Source: Schmidtea polychroa
Lineage: Eukaryota
DNA length: 64,000 nt
Direction: 5' to 3'
NCBI GenBank assembly: GCA_044892525.1
Contig: CM097888.1
Location: 81,282,001-81,346,000, forward strand
Positions 26,301-38,780 of the stretch are shown piece by piece. The notes below the pieces were generated by a model. That model was not told the DNA's origin, made no database searches, and was given only the letters and a program-made list of their open reading frames with translations. Every line of letters begins with the position of its first letter. Position 1 is the stretch's first letter. Position numbers and translations under genes: made by a program.

Positions 26301-29300
26301 ATGCAATAAATAAACATATACATTGAGCACCCTGAGATTTTTTAAGTGAAGAATTATTAGAGAATATCTTAAAAAATTAAATAGTCAAAACAATTTTTGC
26401 CAATAAAATCTAAAATTCCAAGTTGGTTTGTACTTTTTCCTTGGCAACAAATTTCAATGTTCAATTACTTGAGTTTTGAAGATCAAGGCTTAATAAATTA
26501 AATAATTGATTTATTTTATCTAAAAATTGAGATATAAAAAGAGGATTGGGGTTTTACAGTATAATCAAATCTCGACAAATAGTTTACTTGTCAAATTGAC
26601 CATATGAACTAACAGTCTTTGTACATTATACACAAGCTTATTATGTATCTTTAAGCCATTCATTTTGAAAGAGCCGAGATATTTATCGATTTTAAAATAT
26701 TGATAAGTTCTATCAGCCAAATTTTGCGTGTTTTGTAGTTATAGCTAATGTAAATTTATAAGTTCTTTAAGGAAGATGAAAATTTTGCTTTCCCATAATA
26801 AACTTGCCCCACTTTCATAAAAGGACTCAGTGTTATAAAAACTCTTTTTATATTGGGAATATTGGTATAATATACTCTACCTACAATGTGATTTTTAATT
26901 AGCGACGAATGCAGCAAAATAATGAATAATATCCAAACATTCGGCAAAAGTAGTTAAACTGTACTGTTGTACAAGACAAGACAGTGCTGACCTTTTCTAA
27001 CGTGATTTTTACACACGAGAATGATATTTAGTTAAATCAATCCAAGAACTGTCTTGCATAGTTATGTTATAATTTGTGCAAAAACCCGTTTCTGTTATTA
27101 TATAATCATTTTAGTGTTAAATGCGAATATACTTTACAGTCACAGCAATTTACGTGACCAAAACCTAAAAGATTTTACTGATAATTTGTTATTTATAGAT
27201 GTTTTATTTCTTATTTTGATATCACTGAAATCTTTTACCTTCAGCATTGATGTGCTATTTTTTGATTTCTTTTTGTCTTGTAATCAATAGCAAATAATGA
27301 CTGTCGAAAATTTCTGTATTTTTGAATTTTTTTTTCTGTCAAAAAATCTATTATTTTAAAATCGACTTCCAGGGACTTGGTGAATTTATTTTGATGGAAG
27401 CCAATATGAAAATTAAGCCCCGGGGTAAAATTTATTCGGTCAATGAAGGATATTCTAAATATTGGGACAAAGCTGTTACGGAATATATCCATAATAAAAA
27501 ATTTCCAGAAGTATATGCCGTTTATACAGTTCTCAACTCATTGTATTTGTAGAAAGGCAAGCCTTATGGGGCCCGATATATCGGTTCCATGGTTTCTGAT
27601 ATTCATAGAACTCTTGTCTATGGTGGAATATTTTTATATCCAGCTTCAAGTGAAACTCCTAGTGGAAAGGTAATAGAAAATTTGATTTTCTCACTGATTT
27701 CTATTAATTTAATAATTATATTTCTTGGTCATGTTGCTTTTCTTCGCTTTTCAGTTTCATTGTTTTTTTCTCTATTATCCTTTTGATTTAATTTAATAAT
27801 TTAGGAATCAATTTATTTATTAATATTATTTTTATAATTGATTACATTATGAAATAGATATTAATGATTTAGAAAATTAATATAATTTAAATAGAATTCT
27901 ATAAAATTATTAAAATATTAAACGCTCTGGTAAAAATGATATAATTTGGAACTAAGCAACGTATTCAGGCCAGATCATAACAAATATTAATCTTTGTTAT
28001 TGTTGAGCATGGTAAACGCTACCAAATACGTGACTGTCGTCATATCTACTGCCACATGTGCTTATATTATTGAATTACATTCGTCAGTCATTGCAACGAA
28101 AATGTGAAAAACACGATTTGTGTGTGTGTGTATGTATGTACCATTTGCACAGTGAATTGATTTTTTATTGGCGTATCTGACAAATGAGAATTCGTGTTCA
28201 ATTTTAAGTATGTCTCTTAACACAACAATTTTTCTTGGGAAATATCTTGTTACTTTCATTTCTCTAAATTCGAGCCTCTATCTGCACTTGATACAATTCG
28301 TCGTTCCCCTTATATCTCGAAATGGGTGGCCGTTGACTTAGAAATCAAAATAAAGCAGCCGAAGCAAGATTCATTGATTTGTTTGAATAGAAAAGTATTT
28401 TACAAAGATTTTGTTATCAAAAAAATTAGGAAAGTTTCAATTTAGGTAACTTTAGATGACGTTGAAATGAAGTGTTAATAACTTCGAAATTAAATCATTA
28501 TCCAATCAAAAGGTAGATAATTCAAAAAAACTGTTTAAATAAACACGGTAGGCTTTGAATTAAAAAGAGAGTTTGAAGGCTATAAATCAGTAATATATCG
28601 ATATATAACTGATTTATAGTCTTCAAACTCTTTTTAATTCAATGGATAAAATAATCAGTGGTGAAATTGAAAGAAATAAAAGTTCTTATAATATTACGGT
28701 AGACTTTATTAATAAAAATCGCCATTCATACATATATTTCGATAGCATCACTATCACTATCATGTTACTTACATACATGAGAGATAAATAACTATACAAT
28801 ATTGATAATTTATAAATAAATTATTAGATCTATAAATTTTTAAAAATAATGATCATGTGAAAATATTTTGGTATTACATGAATGGATTGCATAAGGACAT
28901 TGTATTCACATGTGAAACTGAGAAAGACTCATCCATAGCGATTCGTGACTTGTTAATTAAACGTAAATATGAACAATATGAGACTGAGATTTATAGAAAA
29001 CCAGCAGATACTGGCCTCTATACTACCCCAGATAGTTTTTGTGAATTTAAATATAAGAGAAATATGGTGAAACGATTGGTTTATCGATCATGGTGCTTAT
29101 CTTCCACTTTTAAAAATCTCAGTAAAAAGTGTAGATAAATTAGTTGAATTACTGATGAAGAATGGCTACTCAAAACGGTTTTTATTGTTAACGTTGAAAG
29201 AGACTGTTGATAAATGTATGAATAATGCTAAGGATCGTAGTATGAATAAATATAAATTGACTGATATGTCGAATGATGTAGTGAATATGAGTATTGATAC

Positions 29301-32300
29301 TAACAAAGAAGATGAGCCAAAATATACGATGGTATTGCCGTATTTGAAGGATATAAAGATTACAAAAGAAAAATAAGTTAACAACTTCGTAAATTGAATT
29401 ATAGAATTGTTTCAAAATCGTGCAAAGTACGTAGTATGTTTGTTAGTAAATCTCAAACTCCAGTTGGATTGTGTTCGGATCTCGTTTATCAATTCACGTG
29501 TAATGGGTGTAATGCCACATACATTGGAGAGACTTCCAGTCATCTCTGTACTCGAGTTCAAGAACACTGTCGACCGAATCGACCGAAGGATCACAATAAA
29601 GTCTGTAGGAGAGAATTAGGAATGTCGGATTTTAAAATCTTATCAAAAAACTTTGATAAATTTTTTGAGCGTGTGATATGTGAAGCATTATTGATAAGAA
29701 CTTTTAATCCGAAAATCAATGTGCAGAATGCAGTGAATACGTGTTAGTGATAGTGATGCTATCGAAATGTATAGTGAAAAAGATGTGAAAAAGATTTCAT
29801 AGTCGGAAATTTTCAGTTGTTTATTTTTAATAAACTTGAAATTTATGTTGGAACCAGGAAAATTGATAAATAAAACTATTATTGAATAATATTATAAGAA
29901 CTATTTTCAATTTCCACCACTGATTTCTTTTCCATTGATATTGTATTTATTTAAAAGCTTGACTATGAATCAGTAAATATATCGATATTTTTTTGATATC
30001 TTTACTCATTCATAGTCAAGTTTTTTAATAAATACATTATTGAATAAATATATATTTAGTTTAATATTAGATCGAATAATTTTAATGTAATCAATACTTA
30101 TCAGATAATTTCTAAAAATTTTGATGTCTTGCAAAGTGATTCTGAGAACGTTTTTTCATGACTGTGAGGTATCGGTTATAATCTTCTCTTTGTTTCTGCC
30201 ATCATGAAAAATACACAGATATCTCTAACTCAAATTTTTTTATGTCAACGCAATTATTTTCATCTCGCAATGAAAGTCCATATTATTTCTTCCGACATTC
30301 ATAAAGTCTTTAATTCAGCAGTAGTTAATCATCATTTGCCATCATCATTGCCAGAAATGAGTCTGTGAATTATATATTTCTCCATAAACAAATGGACAGA
30401 TAGAAAGGCAATTCAGGAGAATACGAGAGCTGATAAATGCTACTTTACGGGACAGAGGGAAGACGGTTTGGGCAGAGATACTACCAGAAGTCGAATTTAC
30501 ATTAAATGCAACCAAACAAAAACGACAGGAAAAAGCCCGGTAGAGATAGTTTTGGAAAAAAGATTAGCAGGGATAAATGACACGGGTCAAAATAAAAACA
30601 GGTAAAGAAAGAACAAGAAGAACAAACAAGGAGGAAATTCAACCTTGGGAGAAGATGTGTTAGTAAAATTAGAAACACGCAACAAAAGCCAGGACAGATA
30701 TGAGGGACCATATAAAATGATCGAGAAAGTGCATGACAGACGATATGTCTTAAGAAACGAGAATGGTAAAAAGAATGAAAGAAACGTGGAAAAACTTTAA
30801 AAATTTCTTAGGAAGGGGATATGAGGACGATGAAAGATTCTAAAAGTTTTTATTGGAAATTTTGTTAAATTTTAAAAGTATTTTTAAAGATTGAAATTTT
30901 TTTAAATAAAAAACAAAAGAAAATACAAGTTTTGAGTGTATTTAAATAAAATTTATGGAATTATCTAGTGATTTGCAAGAAATTAACAAGAAATTCTTTA
31001 AAGGCATTGCAAAAAAAAGCTTTAACGGATGGGAATCCTAATATACAAAATCACAAACCAGTCACAATGTAAATAAATTATTTGTTTTAACTTTTCTTTC
31101 TTGCAGACAGTGGCGTAGCTATGGTGGGGCGGGGGGCGGGCCGCCCTGGGCGGCACTTGCTCTGGGGTGGCATATTCGTGATGAGATCGTCTGTATGGTT
31201 CTTAAACCTGAATGCACTAAAATAAATATATACGTATATATCCACGAATAGCAAGAGCTTAACAATAACTTATTTATTATTTTAAGAAATGTTGAATTTA
31301 AGAAACTTGCCAGTCATAAAAGGCTGCCCCTATAGATACAAATATTTTTTTTATTTTAATACCAATTTATATAAACAACTTTTGTATACAATATTTTTAG
31401 TTGTTGGCTAATTTTATAATTAATTTATTTTGTGTTTTTTACTCTGTAATGATATGTTAATTTTTTCTTGTTTTATACTATTTGATATATTGCATTCTAT
31501 TGTATTATTTAAAAATTAAATATAATGATAATTTGACAATGCTTAATTTATTATATGTTTTAATGTATTATAAAACACTTTGTTTAAATAAGAAAAAAAT
31601 ATTTCATACAAGAATAAATAGTATGTATATGTGAAGGGTATGTAGCGTATTTGGAAAAGGAGGCAAGATGGGCCGTCTGTTTTGGAAAGTTTTTATTTTA
31701 AAAAATGTACAGGGGGCAGCTATTTTAAGGATCGCCCCGAGCGGCACATACCCTAGCTACACCACTGCTTGTAGATATAAAAATTTTTCCCCAGCTTCTT
31801 CAGTGAAATATGACAATGTGACAGTTATATATGTACAAAAAGAATATTCCGAGCAAAATTAATCAAAATCATAAAATAAAATTTATCTTTTATTTTAACT
31901 TAAAATTGTAATTTTCTTTTTCTAAAATAGTGCAGGTTTTTGCAAATCGATAAAAAATATTGAAAATTTGTTTATTTGAATATAACTCATTGATTTTGAC
32001 AATCGGCATTTTAATGTTATAAATTCTTCTTGTTAGAAGTTTTCCCCCATCAAATTTGCTATTAATTTATGCTTTTAAAGTTGTTAATTTTGGATTTTAG
32101 AATATTAACTTAAAATATCGTTTATAAATATTTATTTTGCAGTTGAGACTTCTTTATGAGTGTAACCCAATAGCATTCATAATAGAACAGGCTGGTGGGG
32201 TAGCGCATTCTGGTAAAGAACGTATACTTGATATTCAGCCAACTGAAATTCATCAACGCAGTCCAATATTTCTCGGAAGCAAAGATGATGTGGAGGAATA

Positions 32301-32331
32301 TTTAAAAATTCATAAAAAATATCACAATTAG
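20392..32331 (+). CDS. FBP1: Fructose-1,6-bisphosphatase class 1, 334 aa, 6 exons
   Basis: Exons 20392-20555, 20599-20761, 20805-21038, 27373-27510, 27553-27669, 32143-32331 total 1005 nt. GT-AG introns of 43, 43, 6334, 42 and 4473 bp. Motifs [53 protein letters not shown]. Confidence 0.97.
21350..22010. repeat. Degenerate satellite, ~150-165-bp period, each unit with a G-run
   Basis: G-runs near 21365, 21520, 21675, 21830 and 21990. The last two units share TTATTACCTGG..ATATTTAT..GATGTACCGG..GGGG..CAAATATTATT. Confidence 0.6.
22030..22818 (+). mobile_element. Tigger/pogo 3' relic in FBP intron 3
   Basis: C-terminal [19 protein letters not shown]...KRQATLDSF* type sequence. Right TIR GTCCCAATTAAACGGAATCGACT followed by (TA)n. 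Confidence 0.7.
23880..25330 (-). mobile_element. Decayed hAT transposase
   Basis: hAT dimerisation domain [27 protein letters not shown] at 23884-24078, with degraded coding-like sequence upstream. Ends not defined. Confidence 0.7.
25441..26057 (+). mobile_element. LTR (~617 bp) preceded by a purine tract
   Basis: GGGGGAAGA before (C/T)GTGAC start; TATATAAA at ~25785; ends TGTTGGGGTTACA. No TSD found. Confidence 0.55.
28557..30026 (+). mobile_element. 5'-truncated Penelope-like retroelement with inverted pLTR
   Basis: RT C-terminus ([23 protein letters not shown]) and GIY-YIG ([29 protein letters not shown]). 28557-28765 is an inverted copy of 29746-30026. Confidence 0.85.
30330..31802 (+). 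mobile_element. Ty3/Gypsy 3' fragment: integrase end, PPT and 3' LTR (interrupted by a MITE)
   Basis: [41 protein letters not shown] then TATGAGG at 30820. LTR-like end GCTTCTTCA at ~31802. Same family as 50234 and 58229. Confidence 0.7.
31108..31767. mobile_element. hAT-derived MITE, 660 bp
   Basis: TIRs CAGTGGCGTAGCT / AGCTACACCACTG; TSD CTTGCAGA / CTTGTAGA. Confidence 0.9.
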
Positions 32332-32499
32332 GTATTTCTAGTCGGTTTTAATTACCTATTATATAGTTAAAAATAAAATCTAGTGATTTATTTTATATTA
32401 TTATTTTTATTATTGTATATTATATATATTTTGAAATATTTGTTTAAATATTTATTTAAATATTTATTTAAATATTTGCTTGAATATTTGTTTTTAGGA

Positions 32500-32900
32500 A
32501 GTAAATTTTTATGTTGAAGTTGACTCTTCAAATCTTGCAAGTCTTGATAGAATATCAGTATTCGAATGATATCTCCCTATTCGATATTGAGTCTCTAAAT
32601 CAAATACTTATTACTCTGCTTTCCACATATAGAATTTCCATGCATTTAGAGAATCCAATTTTAGAAAACATTACACTTCATGTAACCCAGAATTTGTGTT
32701 CTTGTTCATGATTTCAGCAAATAAAAATTTTACTTAACCATTTCACTCCATACAAATCCATTTTCTTTCTTCAGTATCTTCCGTAATGACTTTTAGCATT
32801 GGCACTTATGGGGGTGTCATTTGAATGTTATAGGGCCGCTTATAGATTTGGTATTTACTCTTCCCTAAACGCCTTCATGATTATTTTACTTTTTACCCAT
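32500..32900 (-). pseudogene. Ty3/Gypsy RNase H region relic
   Basis: Fragments YGVKWLSKI and NTDILSRLARFEE, typical of the RT-RNase H end. Multiple frameshifts. Confidence 0.5.
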
Positions 32901-33039
32901 GTTTGTAAAGTCCACAGTGACTGAGAGTCAATGAGCAGATGAACTCCACTACTAGAACTACTTACTCCCTTTTCATTTTCGGGTTCAGAACTTCCTATAG
33001 GTCTTACTACACTTTTCATTATCTCTCCCTTTAGATTTA

Positions 33040-33240
33040 GTGGGTTACAGATAGTGCATATTTTACCTTTCCGAGCTTTTACCAGTGTAACCCAGAATAC
33101 AATGATGTATTATCGCTTGGCGCCCATTGAGTGGTCAATGTCAGTACTGCACCAAGTGGGAGAGTGCTCGCAAAAAGTGAGCTCACTACTTGCACTATAG
33201 TTGTCAAGCACTCATTTGGGTTCACGGACGGCCAATAGAA
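33040..33240 (-). ncRNA. Candidate structured RNA element, cassette copy 2
   Basis: Stems 33213-05/33170-62, 33156-49/33123-16 (inner 33140-35/33130-25) and 33093-86/33049-42. Homologous to 16790-16990. Confidence 0.55.
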
Positions 33241-33389
33241 GACTTATGTTCGATTTATATTGGTCCCTTTACTAGATTGTTTTCCCTACTCCAGTATACT
33301 TTCGTCATACACACCATACAGATAGAAGCCCACCTATACGCACACATACATATGTACACATGAAACGACTACCTTTTAATAACAAATAT

Positions 33390-33786
33390 TTATTTACTAA
33401 TGTACACGGCACATTCGAAACTCCTCTTCTGCTGAGCTGGGTTGGCCATACGAGTCTTTTCAATTTTTCCCGCGTATCGCGGCCCGATCGTTGTCGCTTT
33501 GGTTTGATGGGTTGTGCGGGTGATCTTCTCCAGCGCCCGCACTTGAATTTTTAGCCCGTATATTTCAGTTTGAACCTGGGCGCTCTGAAGTTGGAGTTAC
33601 TGTATCAACTTCAGCTGTTTTTTTTATTTCGGTGGAGTTGAACCAGGTGCTCCCGAGTTCTCGACATCGCGCCTTGAATTTGACTATTTGGGTCTGCAGC
33701 TTCTCCATTTGTTGGTGCGCCTGCTTCCGGTCCTTGTTCATGTTTTCCATTAGCTCGAACACTAAATAATGACACGTGAATTTCAA
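33390..33786 (-). pseudogene. Coiled-coil ORF2, cassette copy 2 (frameshift in an A-run)
   Basis: Acceptor TGTCATTATTTAG|TG. VFELMENMNKDRKQAHQQMEK..KARCRELGSTWFNSTEIKK, then LQLQSAQ in a shifted frame as in copy 1. Confidence 0.6.
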
Positions 33787-33933
33787 AATAACGTATACCG
33801 ATGTTCTATCAAGTTGACACAGATTACAGTCACACTGCGTCTGAAACAGTTACACTCCTTAATTTCCTCAGAGTTTATTCCTTAACTGGATGTTCATTTA
33901 GTCAACTCTAAGTTCCCTTTTTTAGATCTTTCC

Positions 33934-34652
33934 TGTGTGATGAAAATGTTGGGGTTAGCGCAAAAACCAAAAATTCATATAAAAGTAAAAGTGCAAAATT
34001 AATTAAAATTTAATAAAAATCAATATTGGGTATGGTTGAACGCCAAATTGATAGACGAATTCAGAAATTATAATAAAAATTTATATAAGTGTTCACAGGG
34101 AAAGTTAAAGCGAAAAAAAACAAATTAATTAATCGGTAATGGAAAACCCGAGTCAATGGAAACCCCGAGCCCATAGGAAACCTGATTCGCAGTGATACCC
34201 GAGAAGTGAGATAAAAAGAGGAATATTTTGAGCTCTAATCAAGAGTAAACAAATTAGAAATCCAAAAATATTAATTTAGGATAATTTAGCGCAATTTTCT
34301 AGATAATTGGCCTCTTATGAAAAGTATAATAAGAGAGCTCAGAAGTGAACTAGCCGCCATTTGGTCGAAGAAAGGAAAAGAAAACAGAAGCATAATTCGC
34401 CGATCGATAATTTGAAGGAGAAATATATTGCGACTCGAAGCAGAAAAGATGATTACCCCTTGGGTTTTTCTACCTTATCGCGTGAAAAGTATCTAGAGAG
34501 AAAGGTGCAAATAGTGACAAATTGTAATTGTGATAAAGATTTAATAAAAAGTATTCTGTGTTGGGTTTGAGTTATTTGGCTGAATAAGAACACGAGGAGT
34601 CAGAGAGATAGCCGACTTTCAATTAAAAATCCAACAAAAATAAAGCTCAACA
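33934..34652 (+). mobile_element. Possible solo LTR inserted between ORF1 and ORF2 of cassette copy 2
   Basis: Absent from copy 1. Starts TGTG(TG)ATG, candidate end CTCAACA; flanks TTTCC/TATCC match at only 4/5. Confidence 0.3.
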
Positions 34653-34941
34653 TATCCTTAAAATGTTTTTCTAAATTAATATGAATACGAAAACCAAAAT
34701 TCATTAAATTAATCTTTTAAGAAAACAAACAATAAACATATCCAATGCCACTAATATCCCGCCGAAAGCATGTACACAAGCAATACGTATTGTTAGACAA
34801 AAGAAAATCTATAAAATACTGTCATAATGTGGGAGCAATCAGAGTTACACATTGCTACGATACTTAGTCAAACTTATTGGTCCATAATGGACAAGATCGC
34901 GGGGAAAACTTGTGTGGCCAATGTGACACTTGCCGGTGGTT

Positions 34942-35295
34942 TCAGTCCCTTCTACCTATTTTTCGGGGTCGTCCTCGTTTTCTGGGTATCACTAGCTGTG
35001 GTGATTGGACGTTGGTCGAGCTTGTGTAGACCCGCTCCTGCCCCATTTGGATGCCTGACATCCAATCGGTTTCCATCCCGCTGAGGGCATCTCCATCCGG
35101 ATCCTCCAACTTTCCGGTTCGGATTCGGTGCTCTATCTCACGGAGCCGTGCTACCGAATAGCCTATATCGTCAATGTACTGTATACGGTCCTCCCGCTCT
35201 GGGTTGGTCATGGCTTCTTGTTTCACCCAGCATGGGGCTCCTGGTTCCCTGCCCGTCTGGGCTACCTGAGGACGGCAGTGGAGCTCAATTGTCAA
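34942..35295 (-). CDS. AT-hook ORF1, cassette copy 2
   Basis: ...YIDDIGYSVARLREIEHRIRTGKLEDPDGDA...PRKRGRPRKI; homologous to 15328-15786. Confidence 0.6.
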   Translation of the reverse strand: MTIELHCRPQVAQTGREPGAPCWVKQEAMTNPEREDRIQYIDDIGYSVARLREIEHRIRTGKLEDPDGDALSGMETDWMSGIQMGQERVYTSSTNVQSPQLVIPRKRGRPRKIGRRD

Positions 35296-35564
35296 CCCAT
35301 CAGACCAATGGTTTTCAATGTGTGCTCCACAGACCTCGGGGGCTCCTCGGCAAGGTTTAAAGAGCTTCTTAAAATTTTACAATTTCTGAAATTTTTGAAA
35401 TTCAGTGATGAACGCCGACATATGTCCTTCTACCGACGTCTTGAACCCACTCAAAAAGTCTAAAAGGGAGTAGTCTTAACACAGAGGCTCATCTGCCTTT
35501 TAGGTCTCATGATTCCGTGCATTATCAACATGGTCGTAATCATGGGTACCTAGTTAGTTTTGAT

Positions 35565-36627
35565 TTGGGGCCTGCCGAAGTGACTTTTTTGCCGAAGTCC
35601 GAAGTTCAAATTTTTAAATTACTATTTGGCCGAAGCCGAAGTCGAATCAAATGTCTGGTGCGCGAAAATAATTTAGGGACCTGTACCTACTGCAATGACC
35701 TACGGCGATACCAAGAAAGGAATCAACGCTAACCAAAATTATAACTAAATTATAGCTAACCAAAGCAGATGTGGCTGATGAAGATGATGTGGAAGGTGTT
35801 GGGCCTGCTGGCACTTCATCACGCGAGTTGTCCGTCGACGTTACAGCATTCATTGCATCCAGAAGCCATTGTTTTGCAGTGGCAGCAGTTTCCGCGTTAA
35901 AGAGACGAAGCTTGTACACTGGATCCAAAGCAGTAGATAACACGCACAACTTATTATTTTTAACGTTAGCATACCTGCGGCTGAGATCCGCAAGCATTTC
36001 AGCACGCATTGTTTGAATGCAGAGGTCTTCACCCTCCTTTGCTGGTCTCTTCAAAACTGCCTGAAGTACACGCACACTTGGAATAATCATTCCGCTTGTT
36101 GCAGGTGACAAACTAGCATTCCGCTTTTCCTCTTCAAATGGACGCAATGTCGACACGACCATTTCAATTAAGTTCCACTGATTGTTTGTCAGATTGGTGA
36201 CTTCGTTGTCTTGGATGTAGAGAGCTATTGCTTTTCTCTGTTCGATCAAACGTATAGTCGGAGATTAACGTATAAGGCTGCTATAGTGTAGAGAATAGAG
36301 ATGCATGAACATGAACGGCTATTGTGTACACAGCGACACAGCCACGGCTAGGCTAGACTTGTCAGTGTTCGTATGACATAGCCGTAGAAAGGAAAATCGA
36401 TAGTAAAGAAAAATGAACAACAACAACTAAGATTTTATTTACTTTCATTGTTTGCGTGTCGCCATTAATTTTAATGTAAATAATCACGGAACAATAATAA
36501 TTTATTATCGCTCAAGCAAAATTTCAATATTTGGATCGTACAGGGTCTATTGCCGAAGTCCGAAGTTTCCGAAGTGTTTGAACTTTGGTCCGAATCGAAG
36601 TTCAAATCAAAGTTCGGCAGGCCACTA
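35565..36627 (-). mobile_element. Internally deleted hAT (ZBED-like) transposon, 1063 bp
   Basis: TIRs TTGGGGCCTGCCGAAG / TTCGGCAGGCCACTA; TSD GTTTTGAT on both sides; CCGAAG subterminal repeats; transposase fragment 35647-36249 (WNLIEMVVSTLRPFEE, STALDPVYK). Confidence 0.9.
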
Positions 36628-37376
36628 GTTTTGATTAATCCTCTGGCGTTTTACACCTACTAATGCCTAGATTTTCCGTAATTGCCAACAAACTGAAAGA
36701 TAGAAAAGAAGCCAAAATAGGCAAAATGAATGGGAAACCATAATAAAACGGGTGGCAAATTTGTATAATAACATGCACTAGAAGGATTATTTATTTAAGA
36801 TATCCAACAAATTAAGCAAGCAATTAACAAATACTTAAAAAAATATTAAATAATTCAATCAAGCAAATAACAGATAGGCAATTGCAAAAAAAAGAAATAT
36901 CTACAATTTAACAAAATTTGTGAATATAGCAGAGTTACAAGAAGCAAAAATTTAATATGTTTGAGTGATGACAACCAAGGGTCAAGTAATATAAAGAAAA
37001 CAAATGTTTGAATGATTTCCTCCTAAAATATAATACAAAATGTTCTCTTATCTTTAAAATTTGCTGTAAAGCATATAAACTTTGAAAATCAACACGACAT
37101 TTTTTCGAGTAATTTTTCTATTCTATTTCGACTATACCTTTTATAAAATAAAATATTCAACTAAATTTCTAGAAAATATAAAATTTATGACCTAAGATGT
37201 TTAGTACTGACTTTATTTAAATTGTTAATTTAACCAAATTTACATTTTATAAATAATGTTTATTTTCTCGACTTTGTAATTTTGTTTTATTGCATTATCG
37301 GCCACATTTAAAGCGGTATTTTAAATCAATATAATTTTAATTATTTTTTAAAATTAATATATTAATATATTAACAA

Positions 37377-38780
37377 ATGTTCGAAATAATGGATATCACG
37401 ATGAAGTTTATGGATATGAATAAAGAAGTTCTATTATTTTTATGTATATTCCTGTTCATGTGGTTGACCTATTTGTGGGATGCTTACTTAGATTGTAGAC
37501 AGCAAAAGGTTCTTAATAAATTAGTCGAGCCTACAACTGAAACTTCTTTAATAATGAATGAAGAAAATTATAAAAAAGCAAGGCTTTATAGTATAGATAC
37601 TAAAAGATTTGGCTCGTATCATAAATTATACCAAATGGTAGAATCCTCTCTTGTGTTGTATTATAATATTTTACCATGGCTGTGGAAGTTTTCGCTTTCC
37701 TTAATTGTGAGCAAAGTCGAAAATTTGACAGTTATTCAAGAGTTGAATGCGTCTATGCTGTTTTTATTAATTGCTGGTCTGTATTCGTTTGTTTTTGGCA
37801 TGCCTTGGAAAGTGTATAGTATATTTGTTATTGAGGCAAGACATGGTTTCAATAAACAAACACCTTTTTTCTTTATTAAAGACCAGATCAAGTCTTTGTT
37901 TGTATCAGTCATTATAATGTTACCAATTTCATATTGTTTATTATTCATTATAAAGTTAGGGGGTCCATATTTTTATGTGTATGCATGGTGTTTTGCTTTT
38001 GTAATAATGATGTTTTTAATGTTTGTTTATCCTGAATTTATAGCTCCATTATTCGATAAATATACTCCGTTAGCTGATGGTGAATTGAAAAAAGGAATTG
38101 AAAATCTTGCTGAGAAAATTGGATTTCCACTGAAAAAGTTATATGTTGTCGAGGGTTCTAAGAGGTCTAGTCATAGTAATGCTTATTTTTATGGAATTTG
38201 GAAAAATAAAAGAATCGTTTTGTTTGATACATTGTTGCAGAATTATGTGACAGATTCAGACTTGAATAAAACAGAAAATGATGAAAGTTCAGACGGGAAA
38301 AAAGGTTGCAATGATGAAGAAGTTATTGCTGTTTTAGGACATGAATTAGGCCATTGGAAATTAAATCACGTATTACAAAGTTTAATAATTAGTCAAATTA
38401 ATCTGTTTCTTATGCTTTTTATGTTTGGTATTTTGTTTAATTTAAATGTCTTGTTTAGAGCTTTTGGTTTCGTGGAAATAGAAACACCCACTTTAATTAG
38501 GTTGTTATTGATAATTTGCTATTTATTTAGTCCTTATCATTTCGTTTTGGAATTTTTTATGACTTTGTTGTCAAGAAAAAAGGAATTTGAAGCTGATGAG
38601 TTTGCAGTAAACCTGGGCTATGGAGAAAAATTGATTAATGCATTAGTTAAACTGCATAATGATAATTTATCATTTCCAATTTTTGACAATTTGTATTCAA
38701 TTTTTAATCATTCTCATCCTCCTATTTTAGAAAGAATAGAAGCTATTAAGAATAATAAAGAATATAAAAAAACAAAATGA
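37377..38780 (+). CDS. ZMPSTE24: CAAX prenyl protease 1 (peptidase M48), 467 aa, single exon
   Basis: HELGH zinc motif, VVEGSKRSSHSNAYFYG, IVLFDTLL, EFEADEFA, HSHPPILERI; multiple TM segments; uninterrupted ORF. Confidence 0.97.
   Translation: MFEIMDITMKFMDMNKEVLLFLCIFLFMWLTYLWDAYLDCRQQKVLNKLVEPTTETSLIMNEENYKKARLYSIDTKRFGSYHKLYQMVESSLVLYYNILPWLWKFSLSLIVSKVENLTVIQELNASMLFLLIAGLYSFVFGMPWKVYSIFVIEARHGFNKQTPFFFIKDQIKSLFVSVIIMLPISYCLLFIIKLGGPYFYVYAWCFAFVIMMFLMFVYPEFIAPLFDKYTPLADGELKKGIENLAEKIGFPLKKLYVVEGSKRSSHSNAYFYGIWKNKRIVLFDTLLQNYVTDSDLNKTENDESSDGKKGCNDEEVIAVLGHELGHWKLNHVLQSLIISQINLFLMLFMFGILFNLNVLFRAFGFVEIETPTLIRLLLIICYLFSPYHFVLEFFMTLLSRKKEFEADEFAVNLGYGEKLINALVKLHNDNLSFPIFDNLYSIFNHSHPPILERIEAIKNNKEYKKTK

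Noticed and set aside
27940-28330. Mariner 5' end relic in FBP intron 5
   Set aside because: Only a vague resemblance; no TIR or translatable motif strong enough to support a call.
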